A stretch of DNA of 63,786 bases, filler included, from Bigelowiella natans CCMP2755 (GCA_000320545.1; 10 parts of 10 records of this genome joined end to end with filler, not necessarily neighbours in it), one strand, 5' to 3'. Positions 42,615 to 57,400 are shown, counted from the first letter of the whole stretch. The notes: generated by a model not told the origin, from the sequence alone. Numbers and translations: made by a program.

Positions 42615-43089
42615 TAATATATTCATATATTATGTAATATATGTATATTGTATCACATCGTAATCCTTGTGTGCGCGCGCGTGTGTGTGTGTGTGTGTGG
42701 TGTGTGTGTGCGCGCGCGCGCGCGCTGAGAAGCACATTGCTGCCACCTTGCGGATGACCATGTTCTTGTAGTCTACGAAGAGGGAGGGGGGGGAGAGACA
42801 AAGGCCAGGTGAGAAAGAGAGAGAGTATAAGAGGGGGGTGGAGAGTGTGTACAATATGTAATATAAATAACAATGTGTATATTTGTGTGTGTGTGTGTAT
42901 GCTTTAATACCAATGAAAAAGATATTTTCGTCGTTGTCAGATGCCATCGAGCTGCAAGGGGTAGTGTAGAGGATTGATGGCGATTGTTATGGGAAAATGA
43001 TGTGCTCTTTCCTTCTTTTTGTTTGTATTGTGTAAGAGGCGAGAAGGAATTTTTAGGGTGGGGGGAGGGATGGCGTTATGTACTATATA

Positions 43090-43120
<31 letters not shown>

Positions 43121-43195
43121 GAGTTTGTATATATCTGACCGTGGTCCTGCTATCGTGGCATTTAAGCGCGGCCTAATCGTATGTAATATAGTATC

Positions 43196-43232
<37 letters not shown>

Positions 43233-43250
43233 TTCCTCTCTCTATCTTTC

Positions 43251-43288
<38 letters not shown>

Positions 43289-44549
43289 CACACCACCATC
43301 ATCATCCTACTGGTAATATTAAATAACAATAAATAATAATTATCATCATCATCATCGCCGTCGTCGCCTCTCGCACCCATCGTGATTGCCCTGCGTGTTC
43401 AAGACCCCAGCAATCGTCGTCACCTCCTAAGAAAAACAACAACAACAACAACAACAACAACGACGACGACGACGAATGACATCAACGAGAACCAGCGCCC
43501 TGGCCAAGTCTTCTCGAGGTCACTACCATTCGTTTGGTGTTTCTTGTGAAAAACGCTGTGCGGCGACGGCTCGATGATCATTTTGCGGGGGAAATCGGCA
43601 GAGAGCGTGCTCTTTACACTATTATTATTACTACTACTGCTGCTACTACCATTTGCGGGTAGGAGATCTTCCTGATGATGGAATGGTACGGCTGGGAGAT
43701 GTACACCGAGCCTGATGGGCCTGTGCGTGGGGGGGAGGGGGGAAGCTTATATGTATATATATTTATATATATATATACACCATAATATACGCGTATGTGT
43801 CTTAAGAATTTCATGGATGGGTGAAATATTGCTCTCTCCCCTCCCTTCATCTCCCTCCTCTTTACCTACCCCCCCCCCCCTCCCCCCTCTCGATCTGCCT
43901 CTTTCGCCTCCCACGCATCATATACCAATCGCCATTCCAAACGGATAGTAAAAGCGCGCTTCTGAGGCCTGTTGTTGTTGTTGTTGTTGTTGTTGTTGTC
44001 GTCGTCGTCCCCGTTCGCCGCCGCCGCGCATAGTTGGTGTCCAGATTAGGGGGGGGGGGGGATTGAGGTAGTAAAACGAGAGGAATCAGCATGAATTTGA
44101 TTTATTAACACTAATACACATTAAATATATATATATATATATATATATATACTTACATCTATATGTGTGTGTGTGTGTGTGTGTGTGTTTGAAAACCGGC
44201 CCATCCTCATAGCCGATCTTCTGCTCGTCATAGCCTACATCTCCCCCTTAGAGAAGAAATGACCACATTTTCTCAGTTTGTGTAATACGCCTACTCTACA
44301 AAAAAGGAGAGGGGAGAGGAGGGAAGTGGAAAGGGGGGGAAAGGGGAGAGGGGGATTCCAACCCGCGTACGTGCGCACTTGCCCAGAGGGGGAGAGCGCT
44401 CTACGAGAACACACACACACACACACACACACGAAGAGAGAGAATGTTACAAAAGCGTTTGCAAGCAGTGAGAAGGGGGAGAAAGAGAACACGGAAGTCC
44501 TGTATTTTGCCATCAGATCTGATTGCAACGTGTGCATATAACTTATATA

Positions 44550-44586
<37 letters not shown>

Positions 44587-45208
44587 AATATTTGCTATTT
44601 TTCACCATCGCTCCCCTCCTCCTCCTCCTCCTCCTCCTCCTCCTCCTCTCCTTCTTCTTCTTCTTCTTCTTCTTCTTCTTCTTCTTCTTCTTCTTCTTCT
44701 TCTCCTCACCTGACACGGTGGTTTGGGCTGTCGAGAATCAAGAGGTCGTCGGTGATAGGGTGAAACCTACGTGCGTCGTGTGCATGTGCATGTGTGTGTG
44801 TGTGCATGTGTGTGTGTGTGTGTGTGCATGTGTGTGTGTGTGTGGCGTGTGTGCATGCTGTGCGTCTAAGAACCACCATCTGCTCCATAGCTATAGCAGG
44901 GGTGGTAGTAGTAGTAGTAGTAGTAGTAGGTAGCGGTGTTAGTTAGTTGTTGCATAAGAGAGAAGAGGGCGGAAGGGGGAGGGGGGGGGGGGGGGGGTTC
45001 ATCAGGGTTGGAATAACCACGGCAGGAAGGAGTACCCGCACACACACACACACACAAATGCATGCATGGATATACGCATGTGAAACCATCGCTCGAAAGC
45101 AACCCCCACCCTAGTGTGAAGCAGCACGCGAATAGCGCTTGAGAGACCGGCCCATCCTGGAGAGGACGATAACCACGCCGAGCGACTAGAAAAGGAGCAA
45201 GGAATATT

Positions 45209-45239
<31 letters not shown>

Positions 45240-45345
45240 GTGGTGATGATGATGATGAGAGAGTGGCGAGAAAAATACACATTTTTTATATTTTGTGTAT
45301 GTATGTGCGTGCGTGCGTGTGTGTGTGTGTGTGTGTGTGCAAAGC

Positions 45346-45388
<43 letters not shown>

Positions 45389-45755
45389 CTCATTCTTTCA
45401 TCATCACGTGGCACTGACTATTACTTCCACTGCTATTACTACTACTACTACTAGTAGTAGTAGTAGTAGTAGTGCAGTAGTAGTAGTGCTGCTGCTACTG
45501 CTACACACGTCAAACTAGTTAGTAGTACCGAGGGGCCTCACGACGGGTGTGACCTCAGCAGCATATCTAACCGAAGACTGCGGATACACGATCATGATGC
45601 CGCACGCGCCCGCGCTATAGGTGAAACAGAGAAGCGGGGCGCAGAGGACAGGGGATCCCCCCCCCCACCATACCGAGTCCACGTGTCACACTCTCTCCAT
45701 ATTACTCACACACACACCCACGCACACACACACACAAGCGATTTACATATATATA

Positions 45756-45848
<93 letters not shown>

Positions 45849-45993
45849 TGTGCATAGTATGTACGTACTGTGTGCGGCGGGTACTACTCTGCAGCTCCCC
45901 AACATGCTTTCCTCCTCCTCCCCCGGCTGCTGCTACTGCTTCGTGGCGACCGTATTCGTGGCCACCAATCTCGGGTATAAGCTTAGCTACGAA
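40091..45993 (-). CDS. NHL-repeat (beta-propeller) protein, many small exons; 5' end lost at the gap (possibly 50164-50610)
   Basis: Exons FHPITDDLLILDSPNHRVR, PSGSVYISQPYHSIIRKI, VDYKNMVIRK, FVYPEGISV|DDNGNILVADTVSMRVRML, AFFESPWSICPGAQGDLFVVDK|YGSTIRRIDSYLPPKDDPK* (stop 40091). Confidence 0.75.
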
Positions 45994-46093
45994 NNNNNNN
46001 NNNNNNNNNNNNNNNNNNNNNNNNNNNNNNNNNNNNNTTAATTAATTAANNNNNNNNNNNNNNNNNNNNNNNNNNNNNNNNNNNNNNNNNNNN

Positions 46094-46830
46094 ACTGCCA
46101 CGGAGTGTCTGTACCTCTGTCACCGTCACATCAGATCGATGAGGATAAAGAGGGGGAGGCTGTCGACGACAGGCTCTACCGATCATTGATAGGGTGTCTA
46201 AACTATGTCTCGGTCATGACTAGACCGGACATATCCTATTCGTTGTCCAAGCTGGCGAGGTATGTCGGTAAGGCGACGATGATGCACTGGAAAGCAGCCA
46301 AGCATGTGCTACGTTATCTGAAGCACACCAGGAGCTATGGGCTTCGCTTTCCCAAGGGTGACAACGGGGGTATTGTACTTTGGGCTGACGCTGACTATGG
46401 AGGCTGCATGGATACTCGTAAGTGTACGAGTGGCAACCTCACGGTTTATAACGGTGCGCTTGTGAGTTGGAGATCCAAGCGGCAGCCAATCCCAGCTAAG
46501 AGCACAGCTGAGGCAGAATATATTTCGTTAGCGGAAGGCATGGAGGAATGTCTATGGCTACGAAACCTACTTGCAGAGCTTGGTGAAGAGGTGAAGTCTA
46601 TCCCGGCGAAGGAGGACAACCAAGCTTGCATCCACATTGCCGAAAATCCTAAGGTTACCCAGCGAACTAAGGCGATTGACATGCGATATCACTACGCACG
46701 TCACTACGTCAAAGATGGGCTGTTCAAGATGGAGTATGTGCAGTCCAAGCTGCAACTTGCAGACGTGCTCACCAAGGCTGTTACTCAAAGCATCATGGAG
46801 CGATTTCGAGATGCTACCTTGGGGGAATAG
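46094..46830 (+). CDS. Ty1/Copia pol 3' end (RT C-terminus + RNase H)
   Basis: YRSLIGCLNY..TRPDISY, HWKAAKHVLRYLK, ADADYGG..RKCTSG, KSTAEAEY, EDNQACI, RTKAIDMRYH, QLADVLTK. Confidence 0.95.
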
Positions 46831-46920
46831 GATTCGGCGGATGTTTCGACGCTTGTAGCGACTCGCGTCGAGGGGGAGTATCGAATTCGACGCTCGTAGT
46901 GACTTCGCGTCGAGGGGGAG

Positions 46921-47545
46921 TATTGAAAATATGCTAGAGTTCTATCGATAAATTAAGTTCTAAAGAGAACTGTTGTATTAGTGTTGTGAGATATCTTAAA
47001 ATAGAATTCTACCCATCGGCTAGACAAGAATATAATGGGATTTCTACTGAGATATTAAGTGAGATATCCTCACGGGGATATTCGATATATTGCGACTAGA
47101 TGTTTCTTGTCGTAGACTAATAAACATAGGCCGATAACGGCGATTATAGGATAACTAGAGAGAGAGCTACTAGAGAGAGAGGGAGCGTTACAGATAGAAA
47201 TTAGTAGAGTGATTATCTTATCATTACTACACTAAGTGGTATTATAATAAGTGTTGTGCTACTAATGACTGTGAAACGCAATAAGTGTTGTGCTACTAAT
47301 GACTGTGAAACGTGATATATTAGCATGTATTATGCTACTAATAAGTTCAGAATAATATAATAACGAGAGTAGAGAGAAACACGGTGATGAGTGAGTCACT
47401 ATCGGTCCGAATCATTAGAATTCAAGTGGGACACGTGCTTCTGAGTGTTTATATACTATAGAGACGTGCTAGTGTGTGTGTTTCCGTGCAGTATCAAGAG
47501 AGATAGTTTGTAGTTAGAGAATAGTTAGTTTATAGAATTTCATTA
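46921..47545 (+). mobile_element. Copia LTR (625 bp) with TATTGAAA...TTTCATTA termini; preceded by PPT, followed by PBS
   Basis: PPT GAGGGGGAG ends at 46920; imperfect terminal inverted repeat; PBS GGTTATGAGCC at 47546-47556; internal 32-bp direct repeat 47247-47278/47281-47312. Confidence 0.8.
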
Positions 47546-47549
47546 GGTT

Positions 47550-50063
47550 ATGAGCCTCAGCATGCTAGTTACTACTAAGTATTGGAGAACAACTAAGTTG
47601 GAAAAGCCAGACGATTGGGAGAGATTCGTATCGACTCTCATCGATAGTGCGACATTGATGCAGATGCCGAACGCTCTTTTAGCCCCTACAGCCAGCATAA
47701 TGGGAGGCGACCGGAAGTACGCGAAATCAGAGAACGGCGAGGAAATGCCGGAGCTCGAGTCAACCAAGGAGCTTAAAGGCGACGCTTATTTGAAAGCAGT
47801 TGTCGAGAGTCCCGTGTTACCGAACCTCCTTCCCAGAGTGGGTGGTACATCCAAAGTTGCCGACCCAGACGCCGTATTGAAGATCAGCGCGGCTGAATGG
47901 GAAAAGTATTATGCAAACTTACCAAGGGAGGAACTTGAGAAAAGGAGAAATCTCTACTGCCACATCGGACTGGTACTCGGAGACAACTACCTGCAGTTCA
48001 AGAGTGGACTTCGCGATCCTGCTCTACTGATATGCATACTCAGAAAGCAGATCGAAGGCCCTACGCTGGTGAGACTGTTGAGGCTTAAGAGAAAGCTTGA
48101 CAGAGAGACTCTGGCTGATTACGGAGGCAACGTGGAATCTTACGCGGCTAGTATAGAAAGGACTGCCGCCAAGTTGAATTCTCTAGGAAAAAGAGTTGAT
48201 GATCAGGACAAATGGCTTGCCCTGTTATCCGGGATGCCTGACGACGGCATCTATGAGGTTATCATCACGATGATGATAAATGAGAACAAAACGACCTTCA
48301 GAGAGGCCGTGGTTAAGTTATCCGCTCACGAAGCCCGCAAGAAAGATTCTGATGAGCAGTTAGCCGCTCTTAAGAGCTCTGCTCCGAGATCAGGATATCG
48401 AAAGAACGGGCGTAGAGGCGATAGTGATAACAGACGACGTAACGATGATAGGAAGAAGGGTAATGACCCTAAACCTATTTATCGAAAAGGCGTTTATTGT
48501 CATTATTGCAAACGCCAGGGGCACTTTAAACGTGAATGCTACAAGTTCTTAGAAGATAAGAAGAATGGCATTACGGCAGGTGTCAGCGACAGAAGAAATA
48601 CCAGCGACGACGAGAGCTTATGGGCATCGGGAATTCGTCAGATGGACGATAACGTCGTGGTTTTCGACAGTGGTTGCACTCGGACGGTGTGTAACGATAA
48701 GTCGCTGTTCACCGATCTTCAGATTAAACCCTGCGGTGACATGTACTTAGCGGATAACAAAGTTAAGTACAAGATAGCGGGCAAGGGTACTATTGTGTTA
48801 CGTACCAAAGGCGGGGGAGTACTGAAGGTGAAAGGAGTTGCCTTCATCCCCGAATTTCCCCATAACTATCTGTCTCCGAGGCAACTGAGGAAACAAGGAT
48901 ACAAGATAAAGGCTATCAACGACGGCGACGACTGGCAGATACTTCGAGACGATGAAGAGATCTGTAGAACGGCCAGAGATATCAGGCCGCACTACGGAAT
49001 AAAATTATCTAGTTCGAGAATCTGCAAGGATACCGTGGCGGCGATGAAGAGCTTTAAGAAGGATTCTAGGACCCTGGCACAATGGCATAGAGCATTGAAC
49101 CATGTGTCAGAAGCGGTGATAAAAAGAACAGCGAAAGCTGTAAATGGAATGGTTATCACCGACGGAGGAAAATACTCTTGTGAGAGTTGTGATTTGACGA
49201 AGCTGAACAAGAGGACTTTCTCCAAGCAGAAGACGACGACCGCTAAAGACGCCATGGACAGATGGGATGCGGACACCAAGGGCATCCTGAAGAAATCGCG
49301 CGACGGCGACAAGTATTACCTACTCGTAAAGGATCACGCAACTGATTACATGTACGGCAAAGTCATGAAGAGCAAGAATACTACCGAAGCTATGATGAAG
49401 GCCATCGTGGAGTTCCAGATCAAGACAGGCAAGAAGCTAAAGAATTTGCACACAGACAATGGCAGAGAGTTTATGAGTCACAAGCTACAAGATTTTCTAC
49501 GGCGGAATGGTACCCATCATTCCACAGGAGTCCCAGATGTTCCAGAGCAACAAGGCAAGGTTGAACGCGCACTGCAAACAGTTCATCGAGCAGTGTTATC
49601 GACGGTCAAAGAGTCCAATCTTCCGAAGGACCTTTGGCATTACGCGTTCAAGAATGTAGTGCAGACATTCGCCTACATTCCGACGACGACTGTTCCAGAC
49701 AAGACCCCGTATGAGAGGATGTTCAAGACTAAACCAAGAGTTAATCACCTCCTCCCTTTCGGCTGCATTGGTTACTGCAGAATCCCCGATAGGCTTAGGG
49801 AGAGAGGGGGTTTCGGCGATAAGGCTAATCGTTGCCGATTCCTATGCTACGATGAGCAGGCTAACAGCTACGTGGTGCTCATTCAAAATGGCAAAAGTGA
49901 TAAAGTATCGAGGGTAACCCACGTGAAATTCTACCCCGATAAGTTCAAGTTTCCAGATCAAGACCAAGATAAAGAACAGAAATCTCTGCTGCTTGACGCA
50001 GAGACTTTCCTCCAGTATGTTGAAGAGACCCAGACCGACGACGACAGCACGAAGAAAGGCAAA
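47550..50063 (+). CDS. Ty1/Copia gag-pol (Gag, CCHC knuckle, protease, integrase), truncated by the gap
   Basis: CHYCKRQGHFKREC; VVFDSGCT; WHRALNH..CESC; DADTKG, HTDNGREF, QQGKVER; FGCIGY; ORF uninterrupted for more than 830 codons. Confidence 0.95.
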
Positions 50064-50163
50064 NNNNNNNNNNNNNNNNNNNNNNNNNNNNNNNNNNNNN
50101 NNNNNNNTTAATTAATTAANNNNNNNNNNNNNNNNNNNNNNNNNNNNNNNNNNNNNNNNNNNN

Positions 50164-50610
50164 TTGGTTTTTCCTTGGGCGCAGCAGGAAGTAGAAGTTC
50201 GTCGTCGTTCGGAAATAGGGGGGGGGATGTCAACTCTCCCCAATTTAGGTCCATGCCCCAGATAATCTGGCGATGATGACGATTCGATGATGATTCAAGG
50301 CGTCGTCGTCGTTGTAGTCGTAGCTGCTGCTGCTGCTGCTGCTGCTGCTGTTATCTATCTCTCACATTTGTAGGAATAGCAACCATTCTTCCCTCCTTTC
50401 TTCCTCCCCCCCCCCCCCCTCTCCTTCCACCCTTCTATCACAGACGGTATTGATTCGGAGGAGGACGAGGAGACGACAGATGGGACAGCAGAGGGAGAGG
50501 ACGAGGGGGAGGAGGAGAGGGAGGGGAAGCGCAGGAGGGGAAATATACGACACGATGAGCGGAAGAGGAGCGCGGCGTCACATCTGGTAAGATCACGCCG
50601 CAGCAGCATG
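50164..50610 (-). CDS. 5' exon(s) of a gene with a transit-peptide-like N-terminus (may belong to the NHL gene)
   Basis: MLLRRDLTRCDAALLFRSSCRIFPLLRFPSLSSSPSSS: Arg/Ser/Leu-rich. Confidence 0.3.
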
Positions 50611-51948
50611 CCGAATAATCCATGAAGCGTGTTCGTTGGAATGGATCTGAGCTCGTGCAATTTCTCTACGTTGTTTCTGTATTTCCCCTCGACAAACAGC
50701 CACGAGTCTCCAGATTTACATAGAGGTTGCTGCTATGTGCATTCTGAACGTGCGGGCACGAACCGGTCTTAGCTAGTTTGGCACAGGAAATGATACGATG
50801 CTGTCGCAGCATGGAGCAAGGCCTTCATTAGAATGTAAATGATGATGACGGCACGCCAGTGTGCTACAGTTGAAGGCGTTCATTAGCGAGTGGGGGAAGA
50901 CGACGAACGATCATGCGCGAAGAGTTATCCATCACATACAAGTCATTGCGCGTGAATATCGTCCAGATGATTTGCTGCTGCTATGGTTGTATTGCGTTGC
51001 GTGGCATCACATGGCATGCAGCCGCGTTTTCGGACCATTAATGTGTCGATAATCTTGCACACTGGCACACGACTGTTGATAGTAAAGAACTTATTCACTT
51101 GAGCGCGTGCTCAATGAGGAACGACGCATGTGCATTTGAGCAGGTGCCCATGCTTTGGCGGTGATTGGAATGGGGGATAGACCTGATCTGTGCTATATGC
51201 GTACACATCAGAGCTGCTGCCTATGGTGTGCGTGTGCACACGACGCTTGTACGTTGCATGCGCTCAGCTAGGCTGGTATGGTACAACGTCGAATGCAGCA
51301 AATCATTTGATGTGACTACGTACATGCTATGCTGTCGTAGTCAGCGCGCGCGCGTAGCTAGCATGGCTAGATGGCACAATGTGTAACAAGGCACCCGTAC
51401 ATTCGCAAACAAATACATACTATAATACACAGCTAATAATGAGACCAAGCCATGCATGCCTAGATGCATCGCAGCGCAGGTTAATTCGCACATTAAACAC
51501 GTCCATCCTGATGAAAGTGGTGAAAGAATTTTGCTTGCTACTTTTGTAACTCTCTATACACATATATGAACAACAACTGCTGTATACGTCTGCTGAGCTG
51601 TATTTCAGACTTATTCTTCTTCAAAACTGTTTTTTTTCAGTCAATTGTCGTTGCTGCTTGTCATTCGAATGTACTCGAAATATATTCGCTTAAGATGAGC
51701 CGCATATTTACAAAAAAATAAATTAAAAAAACAAGGAAAAACGTAAGGAAACCCCAAAACTTCTCGCCCCCGCACGAAAAAGAGGAGGAATATTTTTGTA
51801 GTAACGTGGTGGAGTGCAGCCACACACACTGTACAATGAGTTACTGTAAACATCGTGACGACGCTATAAACACCTATACCTTAAAAAAAAAAAAAAACGC
51901 AAAAAGTTGGATCATAAAGACCCCCATCACCTACGAGAAAGAGAGGGA

Positions 51949-51999
<51 letters not shown>

Positions 52000-52883
52000 G
52001 GAGGGAGAGAGGGAGAGAGGAAAAGCTGCCACTTGGATCGCATCTTCCATGCCGCTGATTGTTGTTCGAGTGCCATTTCATCGACAGTGTGTATGTACAG
52101 TGTTTAAGGAAGGATACAACTGAGAAAAGAAACAGATGCCTTTGGCCAACCCTCCACCATCACTTCTTTTGTCCAACCCAGCGCGTGTTAAAACAAAAAC
52201 CGCAATGCCACCACGAAGTCGCTGTGATCTTGTGAGCAATCAAGCCGGCGGTGCCTGCTGCATCATCTATCTCCCAGGCACTTCCTCAATGCGACAAATA
52301 TCTCAAGAAACTGCCCCAATTCTTGCAAGGACGCTTAGGCGTGCGTCCTAGTTGCAAACCAGTGTTTCTTATATATCTGTTATTTCTCGTCTTCTGCTCG
52401 TTGCTTGTTTCTACGTGNNNNNNNNNNNNNNNNNNNNNNNNNNNNNNNNNNNNNNNNNNNNTTAATTAATTAANNNNNNNNNNNNNNNNNNNNNNNNNNN
52501 NNNNNNNNNNNNNNNNNCCCCCCCCCCCCCCCCCACCCCCCCCTCCCCCCCCATTCCTCTCCTTCAGGTATCCTGGCAAATCGAAGCGTGGCGAGCTGTC
52601 TGTTTTCCCACGCAAGATCCAGGTCGTCTACTCACCGTGCTGCTGCCTCCACGATTTACTATCGATGATTGCGTGCCGAATGAATATGCCTGCTTATGAT
52701 CGAAGGAGCATCGTTCCTGAGGCAGCTGACAATTCATTTTTGTTGTTGGGGCATGGTTGCTTGTTGTGGCTCAGATCTTATCCAGATGCCTGCATATGCT
52801 TCCCAAAAGTCGCATCAGTGCCCACCTTCCTCCTTGACCCCCCCACTTTACGTAGATGAACTGCGTCCTTTTTCAAGACAGAC

Positions 52884-52961
<78 letters not shown>

Positions 52962-53026
52962 AAATTGTAATACGTACATTCTATCTGCCCCCCTCCTCCT
53001 CCTCCTCCTCCTCCTCCTCCTCCTAG

Positions 53027-53910
<884 letters not shown>

Positions 53911-54424
53911 ATTGGGATTTTATGAAAAGAATAAAAAAGGAAGGGAGGAAGGGGGGGGGGAAGAATTTAGGGGAGGGCCTTTNNNNNNNNNNNNNNNNNN
54001 NNNNNNNNNNNNNNNNNNNNNNNNNNTTAATTAATTAANNNNNNNNNNNNNNNNNNNNNNNNNNNNNNNNNNNNNNNNNNNNGATGATGATGATGATGAT
54101 CATGAGAGGAGGTAGAAGGAGGACTATAGTGATTGATGAGATAGTGATGGTAACTATGATTGTAATGATGATGATGATGATGATGAGGATGATGATGACG
54201 ACGATATGTGCCTGCGCGACAACTCAAGGTAGGCACCTGCTTGCAGCCAGAAATATTTCTCTTCCTTTTTTCCCTCCTCTGACTCTATTTCCACCTTAAC
54301 CTTAGCGTGGAGGGGGGAGGAGGAGGAGCATCATATATGCAATCATTATTAGCAGCAGCAAAATGAGGATTAGAACAACACGCACGGACAACGCCCAAAA
54401 TCTACACGAAGTGCTGAGCTCAAC

Positions 54425-54455
<31 letters not shown>

Positions 54456-55432
54456 TAGACCACCAACCCTGGCGCCATCTCTTTGCACAAACTTATATCC
54501 GATCAGGGCAGCAAACTGCGGTTGGTTATGTTGTTCGACGAAGACAGATAAACCATATTCAGCAACCATCATGAACGTAGTAGCAAGTCGAGTAGCAGCG
54601 CCAACAGAAACGAAGAGGAGGAGGAGATATTGCACAGAAATCCTTCACACTAAGGGCATACTACTACTGCATAATCGTCGTCATGAGCCCCCCCCCACTT
54701 CTCTCTCTAGGTCGTTCATTCCCATCCAAAACTATACAGGGGAATCGTCTATGATCACCTGGCAAAGGGCTAGTTCATCAGGAGACGAAGACTGATAACT
54801 CGTTACGGGTCCCTTCCCTACCGTTTCAGCAAAGCATGAGATATGTACTAGGGGAGGGGGGAGGGGGGGGGGGGGCGGATGCCGATGTGGAATGTGCTGC
54901 GGTGCTTAATGGGCCCTTGTAGTCCTGCTTTTTGAAAAAACTCTGTTTTGCCGTGAAAAGTACCCGGAAAAAAATAAAGTCAAATATAAATCTACCCCCG
55001 TACCAGGAACCATCTCTGTCAAAGGGAGGGGGCTGTTGTTATTAGCAATGGGGGCGGGAGTAGTAGGAGTAGTAGTAGTGGTCGTAGTAGGAGTAAAGTG
55101 GTAAAATGAGTAGCGATCGCCGAAAAGAAATCGAGCTTGGATCGATCCTCATCCTCGTCATCATCATCATCATCACCATCATTCTCATTATGAAGTGATA
55201 ATACTACCGGATTGGAGATCGCCATGTGGGAGCATGTAGTCGCGGACATCTTCCGAGTGGAAGGGGTCTTTTCGCTCCCCCCCTCCCCCGACATGACGTT
55301 CATCATCCGATCTTTTCTCACTCTTTCTCGAANNNNNNNNNNNNNNNNNNNNNNNNNNNNNNNNNNNNNNNNNNNNTTAATTAATTAANNNNNNNNNNNN
55401 NNNNNNNNNNNNNNNNNNNNNNNNNNNNNNNN

Positions 55433-57400
55433 TTATTTGTGATCAGGATGTTTAAGGGTCCTTGTCCACCCCCCCACGACCCGGATACCGGGAGGCTCTC
55501 TAAAAACATACCCACTTGCCCCATGTTGTAGAAATCCACTGATCTTTTCTTTCCCGCACACAAACCCTCTACTGGCGTATTGATGGATGGATGGAAGTTT
55601 AAGGAGGGGGGGGGGGGAGAGAGAGAGAGAGAGAGAGAGGGAAGAGAGAGAGAGGGAAGAGAGAGAGAGGGAAGAGAGAGAGGATGATGGAGAGGAAGAT
55701 GTGAGGGAGGGCTGAAGAGGAAGTAAACAAACACGAAAGACGCCTTTATCAAACCCAAATTGCTTCTCCGCCGTCTCCCTGCCGTGCTTGCCCTGGGGCC
55801 TCTGCACGTACATTCGCGAAGAGGCCATGCCCCATGGAGGTATCTGGTTGGGTTCATGGAATAAAACAAAAAGATGAAAAAAAAAAACCCGCAGACAAGC
55901 AAACGAGCAAAACAAGCAAGCAAACCATCGAGAGATAAGAGCGCAGCAAAACCCGCCCGCTCTTCGCCGTGCGCATACGATGGCCGGGCATGAGAACGGC
56001 CTCATACCTGGGAGGTGCTTGAATGTCTTCTAACCTATCTCCATTTCCGCCGTCGCTGCCAACGAGCACACGGTCCGCACACACGACGATGCCGCCCCCC
56101 CCCCCCCGGCCCACGTCCTGCCCGAACCTTCCCAACCCAATCTCCACCAAGGCTCCTGACGAGAACAGTAGCGAGTTCCCCTCCCCCGCGAAGGCAACTG
56201 CGGCACACCGCCGGCCCCCGCCCCCGCCCCCGCCCCCTTCCCTCGAGCCCTGGGAGGCCTGATACGCAGGTAGCCTCCGCGAAAAGATAACCTGCATCTG
56301 GGGAACGCTCAAGATTGCAACGTCGCGGCTGGTGTGCACGCCGATGTACCTTCCGGACGGGCAGAAGCAGAGGCTGCTACTATCAGGCGGGAGAGGTATC
56401 AACGACGCCGGGAGGGGCAGCGTTTGCGGTGGGAGGCTATAGTGTGATGGTGGTGGTGGTGATGATGATGATGATGGTGGTGGTGGTGACGATGACGATG
56501 ACGACGACGATGATGATGGTGATGATGATGGCGATGAGGGCCTTGAAGATAAGGTGAAAAGCATGATACTCGTTGCGCAGAGAGCTGCCAAGTCACTGAA
56601 GCAGAGTGTTATGAGGATTCGATTATATATGTAGAGGGAGAGGAAGAGGGGGTGGGGGGGGAGGGGAATGGGTCAGTACGAAGACTACACTTCGGGATGT
56701 AAATGTTTGCGCGCGTGCGTTTTCCATGCATGAGCGGCTGGGTGTCGCACGCGGCATTGCCAGCTATTCCTCCTACGAGTCTACTGATGCGTGTGAGGGA
56801 GAACCCTGATCGTGGGTCGAAGGCCACAGAGACGACTCCCTTCTCTAACACCAGTTTCTGTGAACAGGTAAGGGAAGAAAGATATGGGAAAGTAGCCGTC
56901 GTTTTTCCAAAATAGAGGGGTAGTTTGAACGAAAAAGGCGCGCCTAAAAGCCGGTGGAGGAGCACCACTGCTTACTCTGCACCGTGGCGTTGTTATTGCC
57001 AGGGTTTGCAGATTGCAGTGCCCCGACATTTTTTGGCGCGCGAGCCATCGGTCTGATAGCTGCGCCTGCTTTCCATGCAAATACGCAGGTTGTGTGGATG
57101 TGCGCACAGTCGTACATCAAATAACGTGCTTCCAAGGATGGCCCCCCCACCCCCCCACAAAGAGGGAGAGGCAGAGGAGTTAAATAGTTGTACTCATATG
57201 CTGGGTGCTTGAAAAAAGTATGTGTAGTAATACTTTTCGCTGCCTGATGGGGCCATTCCTCTGCGTGCCAGCGACAGCGTGTTTTGTTGCGGTTACTGGA
57301 AACACGTTGGATTCATTCACACACTTAAATAACAGATGCTTACAAAACACTAATGCTACCATCGCATAGTCCGTATGGAGTGTTACAACGCTGACTTGTG
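55433..57400 (-). CDS. Beta-propeller (WD40-like) protein fragment between gaps
   Basis: SSLCFCPSGRYIGVHTSRDVAILS, CAAVAFAGEGNSLLFSSG, GVVSVAFDPRSG. Confidence 0.4.

Noticed and set aside
47247-47312. Short direct repeats as a CRISPR-like array
   Set aside because: Two tandem copies without a unique spacer, inside an LTR of a eukaryote
51205-51240. IRAAAYGVRV resembling a MAPK glycine loop
   Set aside because: Lacks the conserved glycines and splice context; probably chance
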